DNA of 4,905 bases from a virus (lineage: Duplodnaviria > Heunggongvirae > Uroviricota > Caudoviricetes), in the IMG/VR virus record IMGVR_UViG_2724679172_000008; one strand, given 5' to 3'. Positions 1 to 4,374 of this stretch are shown one piece after another; position 1 is the first letter of the stretch; each line of letters opens with the position of its first letter. Position numbers and translations under genes: made by a program. The notes below the pieces were generated by a model. The model saw only the letters and a program-made list of their open reading frames with translations, was not told the origin of the DNA and did not search any database.

Positions 1-1031
1 CCCTTTGTCGTCAGGTATTCGCAGATATATTTGTTCAGTGCTATGGGATCTTTGTGAATGTCGATCGGACGCTCACGGACAAGGCCAAAAATAGTTTGGC
101 GGTCGTAGCGAAGGGCATCAGGCTGTTTGCGCATTGATGCCGAGATACGCTTCCAGTCTTCGCGGTCGTTATCGATAACTTCATTTTTTGCCCAGCGATG
201 GATGCTGCCGTCAATGTTTCCGGCATCCACATCACCAGGCCAGAGAGCGTAGGCCAGTTCGTCATCCAGTGTTTTCCATGTCTGCTTGTATTCGCGATGA
301 ATGGCAGCAATGACCGGGCTGATTTTTCCTGTTGAATTTTCAACTGTTGAATTTTCACTGTGCTGTTGATTGGTTCTGGCGCGGGCGAGATCAATAACAG
401 ACGTGTATTTTCCGGTTTCCTTGCGTTCACCTTCGCGACGTTTTTTCCAGATGCGCATCTCTGCCTGAATTTCGGGCCATTTGGCACCAGGCTTACATTT
501 ATGCTTAACCCACCCGATGGCATGCAGCTTAAGCTCCGGATACATGGCGTTAACTTCTGGCATTTTCATCAACGCTTCAACGATATGTCCGTCGAATGTT
601 GCCATGTCTTCCTGCAACAATTCCTGTGCGCTAATAACCATATCAACGGTGATGTTTTCACATGTGTCGAACTTAACCATGACAGCGTTCTGTACTTCAG
701 GGGCCAGCTTGTCAAAAGTGACGTTCATCGGATCTGATTCAGTCTCAACCGGGACAAAAGAAGCAGACTCCTCATCCCAGCGGTTTTCCTGCATATATTC
801 AGCATCCCAGGAATCGAGGGCAGGGCGGGGTATGCCGGGTTTATCCTCACAGACAATAAATTTATAAGCGCAGTCCTGAGCTGCAGGGAATTGCTCCAGA
901 AATTGCCAATGAAATTTTGCGCGTGCGCGACGCTCATCACCAGCTTCAATGGCAGTGGCCACCGCAACAGCGCTATCTTCTTTTATGGCCTGTTCATCAG
1001 GAATAGCAGCGCAAATAAAGACCTTACTCAT
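1..1031 (-). CDS. Large early-left prophage protein, 5' part only (343 codons in window, continues past the left edge); possibly YdfE-like by position downstream of dicB and the ydfD-like gene
   Basis: ATG at 1029-1031 on the minus strand with GAGG 9 nt upstream; an in-frame stop just upstream (1038-1040) fixes the start. I checked every triplet of this frame down to position 3 and found no stop. N-terminus reads MSKVFICAAIPDEQAIKEDSAVAVATAIEAG. It is absent from the supplied ORF track only because it has no stop inside the window; track ORFs 41-523, 360-737, 481-867 and 725-967 lie in other frames over it. The product name rests on synteny alone. Confidence 0.6.
   Translation of the reverse strand, partial: MSKVFICAAIPDEQAIKEDSAVAVATAIEAGDERRARAKFHWQFLEQFPAAQDCAYKFIVCEDKPGIPRPALDSWDAEYMQENRWDEESASFVPVETESDPMNVTFDKLAPEVQNAVMVKFDTCENITVDMVISAQELLQEDMATFDGHIVEALMKMPEVNAMYPELKLHAIGWVKHKCKPGAKWPEIQAEMRIWKKRREGERKETGKYTSVIDLARARTNQQHSENSTVENSTGKISPVIAAIHREYKQTWKTLDDELAYALWPGDVDAGNIDGSIHRWAKNEVIDNDREDWKRISASMRKQPDALRYDRQTIFGLVRERPIDIHKDPIALNKYICEYLTTK
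329..358. repeat. Two tandem copies of a 15-bp unit (CTGTTGAATTTTCAA / CTGTTGAATTTTCAC) inside the large left-edge gene; each contains the near-palindrome TTGAA-TT-TTCAA
   Basis: Direct reading: TTGAATTTTCAA at 332-343 and TTGAATTTTCAC at 347-358, period 15 bp; encodes the peptide repeat ENSTV-ENSTG in the minus-strand protein. Confidence 0.5.
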
Positions 1032-1126
1032 TTTGTTTTAACCTCATTACAGATTTCAGGGTGAACGAATCCCTGCCATTGCTGGCATTTTTAATCCGTT
1101 GGTATGGTGTTAATATGGCTGGAGGG

Positions 1127-1315
1127 TTATCCAGCCGGTGTTTCGTTATTCAGGTACAGCGATACTTTTTTTAGCGGGAGGCATTCACCAGAAATTTTTT
1201 GCTCGTCTCTTGCCTGGAGGCAGGATTCTTTACTTGCATAAATTCCGGTAATCACATTCTGTGATTCACCCGTTATAAGAAAAACCGTCATCATCAGTGC
1301 AAATGCTGAAGTCAT
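1127..1315 (-). CDS. Small protein (62 aa) with N-terminal hydrophobic helix; YdfD-like (Qin prophage small membrane/lysis protein) by size, position after dicB and N-terminal character
   Basis: Track ORF MTSAFALMMTVFLITGESQNVITGIYASKESCLQARDEQKISGECLPLKKVSLYLNNETPAG. Its ATG (1313-1315) overlaps the TGA of the upstream gene (1312-1314), the classic ATGA translational-coupling arrangement. AT-rich relative to flanks. The YdfD identification is from memory of the Qin dicB operon order, not a search. Confidence 0.55.
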   Translation of the reverse strand: MTSAFALMMTVFLITGESQNVITGIYASKESCLQARDEQKISGECLPLKKVSLYLNNETPAG

Positions 1316-1500
1316 TGACGTTCTCCGAAAATACCAAGTTCAAGAAGAGCAATTCGGGAAAGTATGGAATTATCATTGAGCAGATAAGGCTCATATTTCC
1401 TCATATTAATGGCATCTTCAGTAAACTCCCGGTTACTGAGCAGAACACCAATATCAAAACAACCTTCAGACGTATTAACGTTTGGTAATAACGTTTCCAT
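1312..1500 (-). CDS. dicB: DicB-family cell division inhibitor (62 aa)
   Basis: Translation METLLPNVNTSEGCFDIGVLLSNREFTEDAINMRKYEPYLLNDNSILSRIALLELGIFGERQ. The N-terminal half matches my recollection of E. coli K-12 DicB (M-TLLPNVNTSEGCF-IGV--SN--FTEDAIN); length is also 62 aa. GAGGA sits 7 nt upstream of the ATG (1498-1500). It lies immediately downstream of a DicF-like sRNA and an RNase III-type hairpin, as in the Qin dicB operon. Confidence 0.75.
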   Translation of the reverse strand: METLLPNVNTSEGCFDIGVLLSNREFTEDAINMRKYEPYLLNDNSILSRIALLELGIFGERQ

Positions 1501-1517
1501 TATCGCGTCCTCAACAA

Positions 1518-1674
1518 TGAATTTTGTGATGCAGTGCCTGGTGCCTCCAGGTGACGTTAACCAGTTAACAATTAACGCCGGGTTAGTTGATGCTCGTTAC
1601 GCCCGTAAAATACCGCCTTACTGCTTTAACTGTTCCGCGTGCGCATAGCCGCATTCACCGCATCACAAAATTCA
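1518..1674 (-). promoter_or_regulatory. Long hairpin between DicF and dicB: 19-bp inverted arms (1518-1536 and 1656-1674, 18/19 complementary) enclosing 119 bp; candidate RNase III processing site that releases DicF and sits 5 nt upstream of the dicB Shine-Dalgarno
   Basis: Arm 1 ATGAATTTTGTGATGCAGTG pairs with arm 2 CACCGCATCACAAAATTCA; I checked this base by base. The enclosed segment has further local dyads (CCTGG-TGCCT-CCAGG at 1537-1551, a twin GTTAAC). RNase III processing of the dicF-dicB transcript is established for Qin. Confidence 0.5.
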
Positions 1675-1678
1675 CTTT

Positions 1679-1736
1679 AAAAAGGGCGGCAGAGCAGTCA
1701 CGGAGTAAAACTGATACCGCCAAATGTCACCAGAAA
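1679..1736 (-). ncRNA. dicF: DicF-like sRNA (53-nt core, plus coordinates 1684-1736) with 3' GC stem (GGCGG/CCGCC) and U5 tract (1679-1683) acting as intrinsic terminator
   Basis: Minus-strand sequence TTTCTGGTGACATTTGGCGGTATCAGTTTTACTCCGTGACTGCTCTGCCGCCC followed by TTTTT. This matches my recollection of K-12 DicF at all but one position (A for G at position 12), which I cannot verify without a database. Context is right: dicB follows, with an RNase III-type hairpin between them. Confidence 0.7.
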
Positions 1737-1759
1737 ATTGATAACAGAGGGCGTTGTAG

Positions 1760-1800
1760 CGGGGTTGTCACTTAAGCGTATGGTCAACCTGACAACCCGG
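1760..1800. repeat. Inverted repeat CGGGGTTGTCA - 19 bp - TGACAACCCGG located 25-65 bp upstream (minus-strand sense) of the DicF 5' end
   Basis: Direct reading: 1760-1770 against 1790-1800, 10/11 complementary; followed on the plus strand by TGCATTTTCT. Confidence 0.45.
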
Positions 1801-2071
1801 TGCATTTTCTGGAGCAATGGAGGAAACCCCAGCCATACTTACCGCCGCGCCATTTCGCGGAGTGCCACAACCGGAAGCGCACGGTCGAACTAAATTTAAC
1901 GACACCGTACAGAGAGACCAATTTCGCCGTGCGCTTTCGCGTTATGCCCTGACTTTTCAGGGACATATCCTTTCAGTAAGCTGTCAGTGCCGGATGCTCA
2001 CCCGTGTCCGGCGCACGCACTCCACCTGACCCGTGGAGAACTCCTTAATTACCAACCCTCAGGAGGGTGAA

Positions 2072-2350
2072 ATGGATAAAAAGCAAATTGAGGCCCTGCA
2101 ATCTATTATTGAAGAACAAGATGAAGCTATCAGGATTCTTTCATATCGCACTGATATGATACTAAATATGCTTTCTGCATTAACGGCTGCGCTTGGTGGT
2201 ACAAAAACAAACGTATACCGCGAAGTTGTTATTCAACAGATAGATAAATTTGAAAAAACCATACCAGGTATTAATGCTCATCTTGCAGAACAAGAGAAAG
2301 ACTATGCTCTTATGGCAATTTCTTCAGTAGCTCTCCCGAAAGTTGAGTAG
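2072..2350 (+). CDS. Hypothetical protein, 92 aa; AT-rich accessory (moron-like) gene on the opposite strand inside the leftward operon
   Basis: ATG at 2072 preceded by a near-consensus Shine-Dalgarno (AGGAGG at 2061-2066, 5-nt spacer). Translation MDKKQIEALQSIIEEQDEAIRILSYRTDMILNMLSALTAALGGTKTNVYREVVIQQIDKFEKTIPGINAHLAEQEKDYALMAISSVALPKVE. Composition is visibly more AT-rich than the GC-rich region 1800-2030 just upstream. The track ORF begins at GTG 2033, but ATG 2072 has the RBS. I recognise no family. Confidence 0.5.
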   Translation: MDKKQIEALQSIIEEQDEAIRILSYRTDMILNMLSALTAALGGTKTNVYREVVIQQIDKFEKTIPGINAHLAEQEKDYALMAISSVALPKVE

Positions 2351-2723
2351 TTTTAATTGTTGTTTTGAAATAATCACTGCTTTCACATTTGAGTGATTTC
2401 ATGGCAATCCAAATGCGGGCCTCTGTGCCTGCATTTGGTTCCAGTTGCTGTAGACGTTTTGCGTCTTCCAAAAGTAAGGCGATAATGTGTTTCAGCTTCT
2501 CATCATTTGCTTGATTCTTGTTTTCAGGCGAATTCTGTCCGCCGAATAGGCGCTTCTCTTCATACAGACCTATAAAGGCACGACGCACGTTACCGGATAT
2601 AGTATCGATGGTTTCCTTTTCTACGGTACTCAGGTCAAGAGTCGCCAGTTGAGAGCGAACCACATTCGATGCCATTTCCTGGAATGGTACTGGTAAATCT
2701 TTAAATTCCATCGTCAACCTCAT
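2310..2723 (-). CDS. Hypothetical protein, 137 aa (or 133 aa from the alternative ATG at 2709-2711 with GAGG 6 nt upstream); second gene of the leftward operon
   Basis: Track ORF; its ATG (2721-2723) overlaps the TGA of the upstream small gene (2723-2725), an ATGA coupling. Acidic, helical-looking sequence with no motif I recognise. Its last 41 bp overlap the 3' end of the convergent plus-strand gene 2072-2350. Confidence 0.5.
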   Translation of the reverse strand: MRLTMEFKDLPVPFQEMASNVVRSQLATLDLSTVEKETIDTISGNVRRAFIGLYEEKRLFGGQNSPENKNQANDEKLKHIIALLLEDAKRLQQLEPNAGTEARIWIAMKSLKCESSDYFKTTIKTTQLSGELLKKLP

Positions 2724-2956
2724 CAGTCAGTGTTTCTGGTTAACCAGCGACGCGCGCCAGCTTCAGTTTTAAACGTTTTGCTTCTGGTATACGTCATCGC
2801 GGTGAACGTACCGTCCTGGTTGGGGAACACGCCACATACCAGAGATTCGCTGTTGCCAAGATCGATAGTATCCATGCTGACCTCATTTCCCCTTAACGCC
2901 GGGGTAGCGGAACAAAAACCTGCTGCATAGTTATTAAAGTTGAACCCTGCCGTCAT
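2723..2956 (-). CDS. Small hypothetical protein, first gene after the PL-like promoter: 77 aa from ATG 2954-2956 or 50 aa from ATG 2873-2875 (MDTIDLGNSESLVCGVFPNQDGTFTAMTYTRSKTFKTEAGARRWLTRNTD)
   Basis: Both candidate starts have an upstream GAGG (9 nt and 5 nt spacers). The shorter form has the size of the small genes found next to Rac/Qin-type repressors. No family assignment is possible from sequence alone. Confidence 0.45.
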   Translation of the reverse strand: MTAGFNFNNYAAGFCSATPALRGNEVSMDTIDLGNSESLVCGVFPNQDGTFTAMTYTRSKTFKTEAGARRWLTRNTD

Positions 2957-3060
2957 GTTCTTACGCCTCGGGCTGGCTACTTAACCCCTGACCACTGCCT
3001 GGTAACTCGAAGTATTGCCCTGCATTCTGTGGGGCGGGGTGGGTTGGTATGAAAAGAAGG

Positions 3061-3101
3061 ATACCCATAGGTATTTAAAAAGTAAATACCCATGGGTAAA
3101 T
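3061..3101. promoter_or_regulatory. OL-like operator pair (ATACCCATAGGTAT at 3061-3074; ATACCCATGGGTAA at 3086-3099, core TACCCATGGGTA a perfect 12-bp palindrome) overlapping a candidate leftward promoter (minus strand -35 TTTACC, 17-bp spacer, -10 TAAATA)
   Basis: Direct reading. Both sites share the half-site ATACC/GGTAT with the sites between the repressor and cro-like genes; centre-to-centre spacing is 25 bp. They lie just downstream of the repressor stop and upstream of the leftward operon, the position of lambda OL/PL. Confidence 0.5.
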
Positions 3102-3140
3102 TTTTGCGGTGTCTTAACTGGTGACTAGTTGTTTGGTGAG

Positions 3141-3560
3141 CTATGATGCGTTTTGTGCTTTCTTTTTACGGATTTCTTCGTAGATCATATTGTAATACTG
3201 TTTTTTCTCTTCAAGAGTTTTTAATAATTTATCCGCTTCACTTTCTGGCAGTTCGTCTAAGAGATCTAAAAAAATACGTTGTCGTGGCGTTAGAACCCTT
3301 GTTTCATAACTGGAGGCTGTGTTCGTTGATGATGAAACGATACCATCCATCCATCCCCGGGGTAACCCAAAGGACTCTTCGATAATCTCCACCATATCAT
3401 CAGCGATCCGTTTTTTTCCCTTTTTCCCCTCTGGGTACAACATTCTTGATACATAAGAAGGCTCGCGCCCGATCTTTCTGGCCACGTTAACCGCTTTACC
3501 ATCGCATTTCTCATCACGAATTTTGATGAGTTGCTGTCGTCTAAATTCATATTTGTCCAT
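3141..3560 (-). CDS. Prophage repressor, DicA/RacR-family HTH protein (139 aa), no LexA-type peptidase domain
   Basis: Translation MDKYEFRRQQLIKIRDEKCDGKAVNVARKIGREPSYVSRMLYPEGKKGKKRIADDMVEIIEESFGLPRGWMDGIVSSSTNTASSYETRVLTPRQRIFLDLLDELPESEADKLLKTLEEKKQYYNMIYEEIRKKKAQNAS. N-terminal HTH (AVNVARKIGREPSYVSRM); the C-terminal segment L-P-x-LPESE-D-L resembles my recollection of DicA. It is divergent from a cro-like gene and flanked by operator repeats. There is no Shine-Dalgarno upstream of the ATG. Confidence 0.75.
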   Translation of the reverse strand: MDKYEFRRQQLIKIRDEKCDGKAVNVARKIGREPSYVSRMLYPEGKKGKKRIADDMVEIIEESFGLPRGWMDGIVSSSTNTASSYETRVLTPRQRIFLDLLDELPESEADKLLKTLEEKKQYYNMIYEEIRKKKAQNAS

Positions 3561-3636
3561 AGGTAAATAATAGATGCGATTACCGCAAGGTAAACAACCT
3601 GTGGGTATTGACTTTTGTTTACCTGTGGGTATTCTT
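3553..3636. promoter_or_regulatory. OR-like control region with three operator copies and back-to-back promoters. Operators: 3553-3566 (weak, overlaps the repressor ATG), 3595-3608 and 3619-3632 (both ATACCCACAGGT on the minus strand, 24 bp apart). Rightward promoter: -35 TTGACT 3608-3613, -10 TATTCT 3630-3635. Leftward repressor promoter: -35 TTTACC (plus 3589-3594), 16-bp spacer, -10 TATTAT (plus 3567-3572)
   Basis: Direct reading of hexamers and repeats. Operators overlap the -35 and -10 of the rightward promoter. The repressor -10 ends 6 nt before its ATG, so the predicted transcription start is at or next to the A of ATG. Confidence 0.55.
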
Positions 3637-3661
3637 TTGCTGTGTTTACTAAGGAGTAGCT

Positions 3662-3943
3662 ATGGAAGAATTAAGAATATTTCTCAATTCTCTTTCGTCA
3701 GATGAACAGCGTATGTTTGCATGCGAGTGTGGTACCAGCATCGGTTATCTAAGAAAGGCATTGAGTAAAGGTCAAGTGTTAGGGGCATCGTTATGTGTCC
3801 TTATTGAGCGAGCCAGTAATGGTGAAGTTACACGTCAGCAACTAAGGCCTTTTGATTGGATGAATATTTGGCCCGAGCTGGAAGATACCAAAACGTTAAC
3901 ACAACCACTTTCTAGGAGCTTGATTCATGAAAATCAAGCATGA
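3662..3943 (+). CDS. YdaS-like Cro/CI-type HTH regulator (93 aa)
   Basis: AGGAG 5 nt upstream of ATG 3662. The segment IERASNGEVTRQQLRPFDW fits the IE-x-TNG-x-VT-x-E-LRPD pattern I associate with YdaS/Cro-like proteins. First gene of the rightward operon divergent from the repressor; its last 17 bp overlap the next gene. Confidence 0.6.
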   Translation: MEELRIFLNSLSSDEQRMFACECGTSIGYLRKALSKGQVLGASLCVLIERASNGEVTRQQLRPFDWMNIWPELEDTKTLTQPLSRSLIHENQA

Positions 3944-4352
3944 ACACATCCGCATGGCGATGAATGCCTGGGCGCGTCCTGATGGCGAAAAAGTTCCAGC
4001 AGCTGGAATAACCCAGGCTTATTTTGAGTTGGGTATGACGTTCCCAGAACTGTATGACGACAGCCATCCGGAAGCCCTGGCTCGCAATACCCAGAAAATT
4101 TTCCGCTGGGTAGAGAAAGACACCCCTGATGCTGTTGAAAAAATGCAGGCTCTGTTACCGGCGATCGAAAAGGCGATGCCGCCTTTGCTGGTGGCCCGTA
4201 TGCGCAGCCACAGTTCTGAATATTACCGTGAGATCGTCGAACGGAGGGATCGGCTGGTGAAGGATGTCGATGATTTTGTTGCGTCAGCGGTTGTTTTGTA
4301 TGACCAGATGAATCGCGGCGGCCCGGCAGGGAATGCTGTGGTGATGCACTAA
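3927..4352 (+). CDS. YdaT-family protein (141 aa), CII-like regulator / conditionally toxic protein of Rac-type prophages
   Basis: Begins MKIKHEHI and ends VVMH, matching my recollection of the termini of E. coli Rac YdaT (MKIKHEHI ... VIVH) and of similar length; AGGAG 8 nt upstream of ATG 3927; follows the YdaS-like gene as in Rac. Confidence 0.65.
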   Translation: MKIKHEHIRMAMNAWARPDGEKVPAAGITQAYFELGMTFPELYDDSHPEALARNTQKIFRWVEKDTPDAVEKMQALLPAIEKAMPPLLVARMRSHSSEYYREIVERRDRLVKDVDDFVASAVVLYDQMNRGGPAGNAVVMH

Positions 4353-4374
4353 AAGCACGGTGTTCGGGGGTTTT

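Noticed and set aside
41-967. Track ORFs 41-523 (-), 360-737 (+), 481-867 (+) and 725-967 (-)
   Set aside because: All lie in alternative frames over the long open minus-strand frame that starts at ATG 1029-1031 and has a proper RBS; they lack convincing ribosome-binding sites and are best treated as shadow ORFs.
1518-1674. ERIC or other miniature inverted-repeat element
   Set aside because: The sequence does not resemble the ERIC consensus as I recall it, and its position between DicF and dicB fits the known RNase III processing hairpin better. Kept as an alternative under the hairpin finding.
1860-1900. tRNA-like GGTCGAAC motif near 1874-1881
   Set aside because: No acceptor stem, D-arm or anticodon arm can be built around it; it resembles only the T-loop by chance.
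1297-2029. Track ORFs 1297-1488 (+), 1409-1648 (+), 1587-1775 (+), 1784-1966 (-) and 1817-2029 (+)
   Set aside because: They overlap dicB, the ydfD-like gene, the DicF sRNA or the structured non-coding region. Their translations are Arg/Cys-rich and low-complexity in the way typical of GC-rich non-coding DNA, and the only nearby GGAG (before 1817) is 2 nt from the ATG, too close to function.
2305-2312. boxA-like GCTCTTA on the plus strand
   Set aside because: It lies inside coding sequence and on the wrong strand to serve as a nut site for the leftward operon; no adjacent boxB-type hairpin.
2372-2438. Hairpins after the stop of the plus-strand gene (AATCACT-N13-AGTGATT; CCAAATGC-N14-GCATTTGG) as an intrinsic terminator
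   Set aside because: Neither is followed by a real U-tract on either strand and both lie within the minus-strand 137-aa coding region, so I do not call a terminator here.
4187-4194. Chi octamer GCTGGTGG on the plus strand
   Set aside because: A single occurrence in 4.9 kb is within chance expectation for enterobacterial DNA; no clustering or orientation bias can be assessed in this window.
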